64,000 nucleotides of DNA from Thermoproteota archaeon (GTDB taxonomy: Archaea; Thermoproteota; EX4484-205; JAAOZP01). The position numbers and the translations under genes are program-made. The stretch is taken from positions 1,361 to 65,360 of the forward strand of contig JAWCNV010000010.1 in assembly GCA_038848185.1 (NCBI GenBank). Direction: 5' to 3'. The notes below the pieces were generated by a model. It had not been told where the DNA came from. It saw only the letters and a list, made by a program, of their open reading frames with translations, and made no database searches. Of this stretch, positions 18,044 through 27,299 are shown one piece after another (positions within the stretch are counted from its first letter, which is position 1; each line of letters starts with the position of its first letter).

Positions 18044-20032
18044 ATGGCTGAAGAAGTTAAAAGTGCTTTAACACCCAAAATGTGGATATTCCTAATAGCG
18101 CTCTCGGTTTTGATGAGCCTTATCGGAGTATCGGCAGCGCCTTTCGCACCCTCATGGGCTTGGTCAACAGTCATGGGTTCTTTCACAGGTCCGATCGTAG
18201 TTCTGTTCATACTACTACTACTCTCTAAGGCTCTTAAGCTGCAGGGTTTAGGTCTTCAGAAGCTTGGTCTAGTATACACGGTATCATCAATATCCCTAAT
18301 CTTCTGCTGGAGCATGATTCCCTATGGTATACTCCACAACTCAGCAAACATGCGCATGGTAACATACGACCCATACACCACAGCACTTGCAGACCAGTTT
18401 GTTTTCGGACCGCGTGCAGAGGTAGCTTCCCAAATCCAGACGGGTGGCGCACTACACCTCGTAGGCGAATGGGCCCCCTGGATGGGATGGTGGTCAGCTT
18501 ACGCCATACTGTGGCTGGTGTTCTGGGTCGGATGGCTAGCATTGCTCCACGAGAGATGGATAGAGGTGGAGAAGCTACCTTTCCCGGCTGCTCTAACTGG
18601 AACACTGCAGATACAGCTGATAGCTGGTCCTGAAAAGGACGGCCGGCTCAAATACTTCCTAGTGGGTGTTGCGATAGGCGCATTAGTCATATTGCCGATA
18701 GTAGTACATGCACTCTACCCCGCCTTCCCCGACATATATGGTTGGACGGCTGACCCATATCTTCCATGGTGGATGGGCACGCTGAACCTTGCCGGAGTGC
18801 CTGCCGCATCAGCAATCCCTGTTATGAGCTTCCTTCCAGTGAACCCGATGGCTTACGCACTTTTCCTACTGTTCCCAACGAAAATACTCTTCTCAATATG
18901 GATATTCAGTCTACTAGGCGTGATCATACCGGCACAGATAGCGTGGTACATGGGCTACTACTCTGGAATACAAACGGCTGGTTGGAGAGCTGACTACCTG
19001 CTGTACCAAGAGCCGTTCAAGTATGGTGGCATATGGGTAGGCGCATTCGTAGGACTAGCCTTAATCTGGTTCGTTCTTAACGTACCCTACATGAAGAGCC
19101 TGTTCTCAAAATCTGTCGACGTCAGTAAAAAGGCTATTGCCCCCATGATGGGATGGATTATGATAATAGTGTCCACCATAGGGCTAATCGCTCTACTAAT
19201 CGTAGCAGGTGCTAATCCACTCGGCTCAATACTGATAGTTGTATCCATGTGGCTACTCTACATGGGTACGATGAGAGTATACGGCTTCGGCAGCATCGCT
19301 GGCTCAGCTTGGACCTCGCCCATAGACTGGCGTCAATTCCCGTGGATTACGAAGTATGTTTGGCACCCGGGAATGACGGCGGAGATGCTTAGCGCTAACC
19401 CGGCACTGGCCAAAGAATACTGTACGACCATGATGCTTACCAACAGGTTCACCGGAGAAATGATGGGTGAGATCAACACTCAATTCGGAATGTTATTCGC
19501 CATGCCGCTGTGCTACAAGGTTGGATACGATACTGGGACACATCCAAGAGACATAACTATGCTGATGCTGGTTTCAGGCATAATCTCAGCTGTGATAGGT
19601 TTCACACTATCTGTCGTGTTCGACTACGCTGCAGGGACAGCTAACACTCCCATGGGCATGTACGACGCTTGGTGGATATGGGTCTTTGCAGTACCAGGAA
19701 CCGTTGAGACCATACCTACAAGCGAACCTTTCTGGCCGTACCTATTAGCCGGTATCATCCTTTCTGCAGTACTGAGCTTCCTCAACTTCCGCTTCGCATG
19801 GTGGCCACTGGATCCTGCGGGTGTATGCGTTGCCCTTGGAGCAGGACCCGGAGGATGGATGCTTCCTGCGTTAGTCGGGTGGATCATTAAGACTGTGGCT
19901 GTGAGAATGGGTGGCTCTAAGCTTCACGACAACGTCATCATACCTATCGCCGTAGGGGTACTGGTTGGCTACTGGTTCCTCTGGTTCCTAGGGTCAATCA
20001 TAGGGCTCATAAAGTTCTTCATCCCTGCATAA
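18044..20032 (+). CDS. Polytopic Trp-rich membrane protein, subfamily P2 (cassette A)
   Basis: Start moved to MAEEVKSALTPKMW (ATG 18044) by homology to MAEEAAEVPS start of paralog 36020-37993. The ORF-track TTG at 17981 lies within the terminator/promoter region. Contains EKLPFPAAL motif; C-terminal GGSKLHDNVIIPIAVGVLVGYWFLWFLGSIIGLIKFFIP conserved with paralog. Confidence 0.65.
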   Translation: MAEEVKSALTPKMWIFLIALSVLMSLIGVSAAPFAPSWAWSTVMGSFTGPIVVLFILLLLSKALKLQGLGLQKLGLVYTVSSISLIFCWSMIPYGILHNSANMRMVTYDPYTTALADQFVFGPRAEVASQIQTGGALHLVGEWAPWMGWWSAYAILWLVFWVGWLALLHERWIEVEKLPFPAALTGTLQIQLIAGPEKDGRLKYFLVGVAIGALVILPIVVHALYPAFPDIYGWTADPYLPWWMGTLNLAGVPAASAIPVMSFLPVNPMAYALFLLFPTKILFSIWIFSLLGVIIPAQIAWYMGYYSGIQTAGWRADYLLYQEPFKYGGIWVGAFVGLALIWFVLNVPYMKSLFSKSVDVSKKAIAPMMGWIMIIVSTIGLIALLIVAGANPLGSILIVVSMWLLYMGTMRVYGFGSIAGSAWTSPIDWRQFPWITKYVWHPGMTAEMLSANPALAKEYCTTMMLTNRFTGEMMGEINTQFGMLFAMPLCYKVGYDTGTHPRDITMLMLVSGIISAVIGFTLSVVFDYAAGTANTPMGMYDAWWIWVFAVPGTVETIPTSEPFWPYLLAGIILSAVLSFLNFRFAWWPLDPAGVCVALGAGPGGWMLPALVGWIIKTVAVRMGGSKLHDNVIIPIAVGVLVGYWFLWFLGSIIGLIKFFIPA

Positions 20033-20052
20033 ATCGTTCGTATAAAAACCCG

Positions 20053-20080
20053 GATATTTTTTTCCTCATGTCTTTTCAAA
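20053..20080 (+). terminator. T-tract terminator candidate (GGATATTTTTTTCCTCATGTCTTTTC)
   Basis: Same ATATTTTTTTCC motif as at 17956, beginning 21 nt after the stop of the 683-aa gene. Confidence 0.4.
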
Positions 20081-20143
20081 ACCAGAATCACTATTAAATT
20101 TAATAACTGCCAGCGGACAATAAGGATAGTTGGAGTGAAGTTA

Positions 20144-20154
20144 AATTTATAAGT
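20144..20154 (+). promoter_or_regulatory. TATA box (AAATTTATAAG) for the 485-aa gene
   Basis: Centred about 29 nt upstream of ATG 20178. Confidence 0.45.
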
Positions 20155-20177
20155 AAGAGTCTCCTCCCCGTGTCTTC

Positions 20178-21635
20178 ATGAAAAACTCGTTTAACCACGT
20201 GAAAGGCTTTCTCCTTGCAATCATACTCATAATGTCTCTGAACATTCTGCTTCTAACGCCTCAGACCGAATACGTTTACTATGGTGTTATTCCAGAAAGA
20301 ATCTATGATTATGACCCCATCCAAGAAACAGACTTATCAAAAGGCTGGAGACTAGTACAGGCGACCGTAGCCACGCAAGGCTACATCTCTATCCTTGCTT
20401 CGCAGGACGGTACTCAGGTGAGAGTCTACACTCTTCCAGGAAAGGAGCTTGTCTCAGAATTCTCACTTAACTCTATGGAGAAGCGTTACGTTCCTCTTCC
20501 GAACGGAACCATGTTCAAGGTTGTTTCGAACAAGCTGGTTTCAGTCCTGCTAATATCTCCACCACCCAGAGGAATCCCGGGAGTTAACGCTACGGAGGGA
20601 CCTATTACAACAGGCTTCTACCTTTCTGTTGAGGGAGCATACGTTGGCAAGGAGTTCGTGATAGAGACTTCACAGGGGCTCTTAGGGCTTCTCCACACCA
20701 TATTTGCCGTGGAGGATGCTGAGGTAACGTTGACCGCTGAAGACGGAACTACACAAACCTTCAAGCTTAAGGCAAACACGTACAGAGAGTTGCAGCCTAA
20801 GCCTCTGAAAGCCTACAGGATAACCTCAACCGGAAACATAATGATTCAAGGCGGTTATATGGATGTTACAGGAACCAATATGCCGAGAAGCTTCTTCATA
20901 CCTTCAGCCGAAGGCGGCTTCGTAGGCAGAAGATTCTACTCCGGTGCCAGTGACACATCCGATGAAGGAATTTTACAGGAGGAAAACTGGTTCGTCATAT
21001 CTGCCTTGGAGGACGCTAAGGTCACAGTCTGGGACCTCTATAACCAGAAGGCTGCTACAGAGATCACTGTTAAGGCTGGGGAGCAGGCTTACGTTAAATG
21101 GGTCGAGATTAAAGTGTTTGAGGAAATAGCATTTGACAGTGATAAGCCGATAACTGTTCAGTTCCTCCACAGCGGCAGCATTAAAAGAGGCTATGGTATA
21201 GCCACTGGTGCAGGCTTCACCTACATGTGTATTAGGCCTAACGAGGATACTCCGTTCGTCCTACCGACAAACTCCACCATCTACGCATACCTCTTCACCA
21301 GTGAGGACGCTAACATCGTGGTCGACGACGTACCAATGACCCTCAGGCCAGACGAGCCCTGGATACTATCCACCCCGGGGCCTCACACAGTCAGGTCGAA
21401 CAAGAACCTGGTTCTCCTCCTGCTGCACTACCCGCTAATACCTCCAAACCAAGGCATAAACGGCTTCGGTGTTCCGGTACCGTGCGTTCAAACAGTTAGC
21501 GTAACTCCAAGCGTCACCCTGCGCCCACTGGGAGGAGAGGGGGCAGCAATCCCGACAAACTACATAATCATAATAGTGGTGGTAGTGGTCATAGTCGTGG
21601 TCGTCGCCGTCTTAATGAGAAGAAGAAAGAAGTAA
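20178..21635 (+). CDS. Secreted beta-rich protein with C-terminal TM anchor (…IIIIVVVVVIVVVVAVLMRRRKK), cassette A-specific
   Basis: 485 aa; N-terminal signal/TM MKNSFNHVKGFLLAIILIMSLNILLL; C-terminal poly-I/V helix plus RRRKK; no recognisable catalytic motifs. Confidence 0.6.
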   Translation: MKNSFNHVKGFLLAIILIMSLNILLLTPQTEYVYYGVIPERIYDYDPIQETDLSKGWRLVQATVATQGYISILASQDGTQVRVYTLPGKELVSEFSLNSMEKRYVPLPNGTMFKVVSNKLVSVLLISPPPRGIPGVNATEGPITTGFYLSVEGAYVGKEFVIETSQGLLGLLHTIFAVEDAEVTLTAEDGTTQTFKLKANTYRELQPKPLKAYRITSTGNIMIQGGYMDVTGTNMPRSFFIPSAEGGFVGRRFYSGASDTSDEGILQEENWFVISALEDAKVTVWDLYNQKAATEITVKAGEQAYVKWVEIKVFEEIAFDSDKPITVQFLHSGSIKRGYGIATGAGFTYMCIRPNEDTPFVLPTNSTIYAYLFTSEDANIVVDDVPMTLRPDEPWILSTPGPHTVRSNKNLVLLLLHYPLIPPNQGINGFGVPVPCVQTVSVTPSVTLRPLGGEGAAIPTNYIIIIVVVVVIVVVVAVLMRRRKK

Positions 21636-21644
21636 CCAACAGTA

Positions 21645-21660
21645 ATCTTTTTCTTTAATC
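21645..21660 (+). terminator. T-tract terminator candidate (ATCTTTTTCTTTAATC)
   Basis: Pyrimidine/T-rich tract 12 nt after the stop at 21635. Confidence 0.35.
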
Positions 21661-21715
21661 AGTATTTAAAGCCTAGGTTGCTAAGTGCTAGGGGAAAAAT
21701 TTTTAAGGGTTAGCA

Positions 21716-24700
21716 ATGGGGCTTTCCTTCATGCCGGTAAAAGCGAGGATACTTATGCTGGTTTATCTGCTTATTATTCTTTTTGCACTTTTCTCCATGA
21801 AAGTGAACGCTACTCCCGATAGCCTGATAGAAGTCTACGGCAGAGTTCTTAATGCTATGGATGGAAGCCCGGTTGAAGGAGCCACTGTTCTCATCCGGGA
21901 TGTTTCAGACCCGTCGATAAACCCTGTTCCGGGAGCAGGAATTTATATCACGGATGAGAAGGGGTCTTACGTGGCAGCTTCCCCTTATATTCGGATTGGT
22001 CACTACTATAGGATTTATGCTTTCAGAGGGGAGCTTCCACAGGGGCCTTTTGACTATGTTCCATCTAAACCCTTAACGTTAAAAATTGAAGAGGGTAAGA
22101 GTTTAAACATTTCTTTCAGGCTGGTTCCCGCTGCCTGCCTTATACTTGAAGGGGACATAATGTATGTTGAGGCCACTGGAACTGCCTTCAGGACCTCGGT
22201 AAGTATTGTTGACCCGTATACGGGAAGCCCGCCAGAAGTGTATGGTGCAGATTATGTTTCAACCTATTGGGCTTCTTCAGACTCTTGGTTCCTAGGCTTA
22301 GCTGAGAGGGTTGTTGTAATACCTGCCAATAAGAAGGTTTACTTAAGGGCAGACTCTTGGTTTCGAGTTGGAACCTACCTAAAGGCTTTCTCCTTCCTCA
22401 TTGATAATAATGGAGAAGGTTTCTCACTGCCTCAAGGTGGCATGCAAAATGTCAGTATCTGGGAGTACCCTTTAAGGAGAAGTTTAGAAATGGTGAGGGA
22501 TGTGCATTCAGAGGTTCTGCAGAAAACCGAGGATTTCTCTAGGTCTGGTTTCATAGTGTTTGATGAGCGGCAACGGCTTGAAGCTGCACGCCAAAAGTAT
22601 TTAGAGTCTCAAGGCCTAATTTATAGTAATCCTAGGGAAAGCTGGTATTCCATGAGAGAGGCTTATACGGAGATTTTGGCGGTTGATAATACTTTGAACT
22701 TCATGAAGTTCGCAGTAGCCACGGAAGCAGTAAGGCTTCCTATTTTTCTATCGGTTATGGCGGTTACGCTGGGCTTCTTTTCTTTTGAAGAAATTAGGAG
22801 AAAATTCTTATCCACATTAATATTTTATCTACTGCTCATATTTTTAATATTCCTGATATATCCTGGTGTTAGTACTTTCAGTAATGAGGATGTTAGAAAC
22901 TTCGTGATCTCGTCACTCATATCAATCTCAATTACTCTGGTTATTGTTTTCTTAATACCGAGGGTTTGGAGAGAACCCAGGGTTGAGGGGGAGGTTTCTC
23001 TTAGAAGTGTATTGAGCATCATTTTTTCAATGTCGAAGAGACAGGTGAGGAAAAGAAGGCTTAGAAGTATTTTCACTTTCCTGAGTCTCTGTATAATGGT
23101 TATGACATTTACTGCACTAACTTCCTTTGGAACAGTTTATGGGCTTAAGTATGAGACCACACCATTTACTAGTTCTAAAAGCGGGTTCCTAGTAAGGATG
23201 AGCAATATGGGTAATCTAACTTTCACCCCTATATCACCATCCGATCTTTCAGTTTTGAATGAAACGAATGAGTTATCTTATATTTCACCTAAGGTGGAAA
23301 GCTTAGGAGACGATCAGGCACTTGGAGAGTTGCTGTCGAGCTCGGGGCACCTCTTAAAGTTTTACGGGATCCTTGGAATAGACTTTAGCAATGAATGGAG
23401 ATATGTTGATGTAACGAATGCAATAACCGGAGACCTGCCTGCAGGGGGTAGTTCTGAAGAGATTGTAGTAAGCTCGCCAATGGCTGATGCATTAGGCATA
23501 AGTATTGGCGATTATGTAAATATATATGTGCGTGGAATAAATGAGCCGATAGAAACCGCTAAAGTTGTCGGTATCTTCAGCGAGTCAACTATAGGGTCAC
23601 TCACAGATCTCGGAGGTGGTAACTACCTGCCCCTGAGGTTTCTTAAGGTTGATGATAGGGTGACGGCTCGGCCATGTAATGCGAGCGACATATTTCTTAT
23701 GGATTGGAGAGGACTGCTCAGCTTGCAGTCTAAAGTGGAGTCTTTGCAACCTAGCGGTACACTTCAACTAGCAGCTATTTCAAGGGTGGCTTTCTCACTT
23801 AGGGAAGATGTGGATGTCGATCTTTCAAAACTAGTTAGACGGTTGACTTTTGTCTTCGGTTATGTTGTGAATATTGTGGGGCAAAACCAGGTTGAAACAT
23901 ACTCTCTAGGGTATTTCTACGAGACTAAGGGTATTGGCGAGATGATAATACCGATCATAATGGTCATGCTTAATACCGGTTCCATAATGCTCAATGTAGT
24001 GTATGAAAGACATAGGGAGATGAAGACTCTGACACTCTTAGGACTGAATCCTGTCCATATCGGATTGATTTTTGTGGCTGAAGCAATCATAATTGGTCTA
24101 ATAGGCGGGGGAATTGGATACGTTGTTGGATTAGGCTTCCAAAGGGTTATAGTTCTTTTTGGACAAGACCTTATGGTGAAGTCTAAAATAGAATGGTGGT
24201 GGAGCTTCATAGGTCTAGCGCTTTCTCTGTTGGTGTCTGTGCTTTCTTCTTGGAGAGCGGCGGCAGTAGCCGTCAAGATATATACCCCCTCAATGGTCAG
24301 GAAAGTTAAGACAGGCAAAGAGGAGAAGAAAATTAGGGAAGAAGAAATATTCAGGATTTTCCAGGGTAGAGAAGTTTCTATGCCTATAAGACTGCATCCT
24401 GTCGAGGTCGACTTCTTCACTGGATATGTGATTACGCGTCTTTCAGAGATGAAGTTTGGGTTTGCTGATCGGGTGGAGGACTTGGAAGAGATGAAGCCCC
24501 AACAGTTTAAGGATGGAAGCGTCCATAAGGGAGTCCACTTTAAGTACTTAAACATGATAAAGGGTCAGCTTCTCGGAACCAAAAACAGGGTCCTCTGCAT
24601 ACAGGATCCTGGGAAAGACTTTTTCAGAGTTTCTCTCGTGTATGAGCCAACTGTGCCAGGGATTCCTGAAGCGGTGGTTAAAAGAGTGGTGGAAATAATC

Positions 24701-24760
24701 AAAGACATATGCTACTCGTGGGTTAAAGAAAAAGACAGGATAGTCGTAGGCTTCAAATAG
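21716..24760 (+). CDS. Large membrane protein: signal/TM, carboxypeptidase-regulatory-like ectodomain, 3 TM, MacB/FtsX-type permease unit, conserved non-ATPase cytoplasmic C-terminal domain (cassette A, 'M' subunit)
   Basis: 1014 aa. Ectodomain VYGRVLNAMDGSPVEGATVLIRD (CarbopepD_reg/prealbumin-like). MacB-type TM1 KRQVRKRRLRSIFTFLSLCIMVMTFTALTSFG (around 23040-23130). FtsX core VVYERHREMKTLTLLGLNPVHIGLIFVAEAIIIGLIGGGIGYVVGLGF (around 23995-24140). About 160-aa cytoplasmic tail homologous to the tail of 38108-41134, no Walker A. Confidence 0.7.
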   Translation: MGLSFMPVKARILMLVYLLIILFALFSMKVNATPDSLIEVYGRVLNAMDGSPVEGATVLIRDVSDPSINPVPGAGIYITDEKGSYVAASPYIRIGHYYRIYAFRGELPQGPFDYVPSKPLTLKIEEGKSLNISFRLVPAACLILEGDIMYVEATGTAFRTSVSIVDPYTGSPPEVYGADYVSTYWASSDSWFLGLAERVVVIPANKKVYLRADSWFRVGTYLKAFSFLIDNNGEGFSLPQGGMQNVSIWEYPLRRSLEMVRDVHSEVLQKTEDFSRSGFIVFDERQRLEAARQKYLESQGLIYSNPRESWYSMREAYTEILAVDNTLNFMKFAVATEAVRLPIFLSVMAVTLGFFSFEEIRRKFLSTLIFYLLLIFLIFLIYPGVSTFSNEDVRNFVISSLISISITLVIVFLIPRVWREPRVEGEVSLRSVLSIIFSMSKRQVRKRRLRSIFTFLSLCIMVMTFTALTSFGTVYGLKYETTPFTSSKSGFLVRMSNMGNLTFTPISPSDLSVLNETNELSYISPKVESLGDDQALGELLSSSGHLLKFYGILGIDFSNEWRYVDVTNAITGDLPAGGSSEEIVVSSPMADALGISIGDYVNIYVRGINEPIETAKVVGIFSESTIGSLTDLGGGNYLPLRFLKVDDRVTARPCNASDIFLMDWRGLLSLQSKVESLQPSGTLQLAAISRVAFSLREDVDVDLSKLVRRLTFVFGYVVNIVGQNQVETYSLGYFYETKGIGEMIIPIIMVMLNTGSIMLNVVYERHREMKTLTLLGLNPVHIGLIFVAEAIIIGLIGGGIGYVVGLGFQRVIVLFGQDLMVKSKIEWWWSFIGLALSLLVSVLSSWRAAAVAVKIYTPSMVRKVKTGKEEKKIREEEIFRIFQGREVSMPIRLHPVEVDFFTGYVITRLSEMKFGFADRVEDLEEMKPQQFKDGSVHKGVHFKYLNMIKGQLLGTKNRVLCIQDPGKDFFRVSLVYEPTVPGIPEAVVKRVVEIIKDICYSWVKEKDRIVVGFK

Positions 24761-24786
24761 ATACCTTAAGCATGTTTCTCATGCGA

Positions 24787-26031
24787 CTACTCTTTTTTCT
24801 TTCTAATCTCTTGAAGCAAAGTTAGGATTTCAATCATGGCTCTGCCATTGTGGTATGCCGCCTTCCAGATTCCAGCCTTGTTTCCAAAAGCCTTTCCGTT
24901 AGGCTTAACCACGCTATACCAATCTCCATTCTTCCAATCAACCTGATATTTCTCTATCCAGTCCAGCGTCTTTGCAAAGTATTTTAGGTAGGAAGGTTCT
25001 CCCGTTAGATGATACATGTAGGCTTCGCATACAAGTGCCTCAGCCTGAATCCACCAGACCTTATCCAACCTGTCTGCAGGCTTATTAATCGGTCCGCTTT
25101 CATAGACTCCTCCCTTCTTATTATCAAAACCGTATTTGGCAGAATAGGCGAAAACCGTTTTATAAAAGTCGGCGAGTACACTTTGGGGAATTTTTAACAG
25201 GTCACAGGCTTTTGCGACGAGCCAAATATTCTCCAAATTATGTCCATATGAGACTCGATCATGCCGGACTCCGTGAAGTGGCGTCCAATCTAAGTGGTGT
25301 GTTTCAGTGCATAAACCATTATTTTTCCGGAGGACCGAATTGCTAAGTATCAAGATTAATTCATGCAGCCGCTCTCTGGCCAACATGTCTCCAGTAGCTT
25401 TGTAAAGGGTTGTTAAAGCCTCAAGTAGGTGAAGATGAGTATTCATCGATTTAAATTCCGGAGGAAAGTAAAAACGCTTTCTTTCTATGGAAGTTGCAGT
25501 TGACCAGTCCTTAGGGAAGTACTCTTTGTACCCACCGTGTAAAGAATCATGTGAATGTTTCTCCATAAGATTAAAGAGGTTTAAAGCCATTTCTAATGCT
25601 TCCTGATCCTTACTGGCCATTGCAAACTCTGAGAGAGCATAGAGCCCGAAGGCTTGACCATACATGACCTTGTCGGGTTTAAGAACTTGGCCTTGATGAT
25701 CAACTTCCCAGAAAAAGCCCCCGTTCTCCAAGTCCCACATGTGGTCACGCAGGAACCGGTAGCCGTGCTTGGCGGCTTCTAGTTCTTCTTTACCGCCCCA
25801 ACCTGTGTTAAAGAGTTGGGAGAAATACCAGACCATGCGTGCCTGTGTCACAATCATTTTGGTTCCCTTACCTATCAGCTTACCATTTATATCGTGGTTC
25901 AGATAATAGCCCCCGTTTTCACTATCTATAGTTCTAGGATACCAGAACGGCTTAATGTTTTCATTCAGAATCTTTTCAAGCCTGTTTTCAACAGAGTCAT
26001 AAAACTTTTCAACATCCTTTATTTCCGACAT
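24787..26031 (-). CDS. N-acylglucosamine 2-epimerase (AGE) superfamily protein, possibly cellobiose/mannobiose 2-epimerase
   Basis: 414 aa, no signal peptide; (alpha/alpha)6-barrel AGE-family hallmarks by eye (Trp/His-rich repeats, overall size); sits in a beta-glycan hydrolase cluster. Confidence 0.5.
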   Translation of the reverse strand: MSEIKDVEKFYDSVENRLEKILNENIKPFWYPRTIDSENGGYYLNHDINGKLIGKGTKMIVTQARMVWYFSQLFNTGWGGKEELEAAKHGYRFLRDHMWDLENGGFFWEVDHQGQVLKPDKVMYGQAFGLYALSEFAMASKDQEALEMALNLFNLMEKHSHDSLHGGYKEYFPKDWSTATSIERKRFYFPPEFKSMNTHLHLLEALTTLYKATGDMLARERLHELILILSNSVLRKNNGLCTETHHLDWTPLHGVRHDRVSYGHNLENIWLVAKACDLLKIPQSVLADFYKTVFAYSAKYGFDNKKGGVYESGPINKPADRLDKVWWIQAEALVCEAYMYHLTGEPSYLKYFAKTLDWIEKYQVDWKNGDWYSVVKPNGKAFGNKAGIWKAAYHNGRAMIEILTLLQEIRKKKE

Positions 26032-26212
26032 TTCCCTTCGAGGAGCCTTCTTATTGGTTTTTAAAAAATCTTTTGGCGTGTCAATACGTTACTCCAGAAA
26101 TTATTTCTTCGCTGCGGAAATTAATGGGAATAGTGGGAATTCTTGAAACACGTTAACAAGGCAATAACACATATACAGATTTCAACTACACTTCTTTAAA
26201 CAGGATTTGGCA

Positions 26213-27295
26213 CTACTTCTCTAAAAAGCTACGTATCAAGTTGAATAGCTCTCTGTCAAGCCTGTCGCCATTGGGAAGCTTCTCTGTCAAGAATTCCTCT
26301 CTACCGGTTTCGATGATTCCAAAGGGGCCTCTTAGGTTCCATTGCGCCCAACCTATTCCATGCTCAGAAAGAATACTTAAGACATCCCTATACCAGTTTA
26401 GCATAGACCTTCTGTTAACCCTAACTGGGAAAATACCAAGTTCGCCACAGTGTACGAATATCCCTTTCTCCTTAAGCTTCAAATAGGGCTTCATCCATTT
26501 TTCAAGCCAAGCCTTATCAACATAGACCCCTTTCCACTTCAGAAAAGCATCTCGGTAAGGAGAATCTACATAGTTATCGAGATTTGGGGCTTCACCAGGA
26601 TACTCGGGCTGCTCCTGATACATGTAATACGGGTAAACCCAGATAGCGCCTAGATGGGTCAGCCAACTGGGCTCATACATATGGAAGCTCTGCCCGAAAA
26701 AGGGGTCATCTATGCTTGGGACAGGCTGATATCCTTCTTCAGTTATGAGACCGTCAGCTATCACTAGACGATCTTCATCAATATCTCTTATGGCCTGCAA
26801 CATTCTCTTACAGAAATCGCGGTAATTGTCTATGCTTGTTGCCTTAGGGTCCCTAGAAGAATCTCCTGCAACAGGCTCATTCACAAGGTTAAAGCTCAGA
26901 TAACGGTTTTCATAATCCTTATACCGTTTAGCGAAAATCCTCCAATGGTATTCGCAGGCATCTGCAGCTTCCTTATCTCTCCAGAGACTTAATGGTTCAA
27001 GAGGCCAGTTAATACAGTACCCGGGTGCCCTATGGAAGCAGATGTTTACATGCACCCCGTATTTCTTACCGAATTCCACAGCCTGATCTATCTCTTTCAA
27101 AACCTTCTCGTTTATATTATAGAAGTTTCCATTGACAATCCAGCATCTATAGTCCATGGGGAGACGCACAAAGTCAAAACCCCATTCCGCCATCCTCTGA
27201 AAATCCAGCTCTAGGAAGGGCTTGTTTCCATGCACCCCAAACTTCTCTAACAGGTTGAATCCTCGCAGATGTCCGAAACGATATATTTCCGCCAT
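26213..27295 (-). CDS. Glycoside hydrolase family 5 (intracellular cellulase/mannanase-type)
   Basis: 360 aa, no signal peptide; acid/base FNLVNEP, nucleophile FVHCGELG, HMYEP motif; starts 4 nt after the upstream GH42-like stop (operon). Confidence 0.8.
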   Translation of the reverse strand: MAEIYRFGHLRGFNLLEKFGVHGNKPFLELDFQRMAEWGFDFVRLPMDYRCWIVNGNFYNINEKVLKEIDQAVEFGKKYGVHVNICFHRAPGYCINWPLEPLSLWRDKEAADACEYHWRIFAKRYKDYENRYLSFNLVNEPVAGDSSRDPKATSIDNYRDFCKRMLQAIRDIDEDRLVIADGLITEEGYQPVPSIDDPFFGQSFHMYEPSWLTHLGAIWVYPYYMYQEQPEYPGEAPNLDNYVDSPYRDAFLKWKGVYVDKAWLEKWMKPYLKLKEKGIFVHCGELGIFPVRVNRRSMLNWYRDVLSILSEHGIGWAQWNLRGPFGIIETGREEFLTEKLPNGDRLDRELFNLIRSFLEK

Positions 27296-27299
27296 TTCT

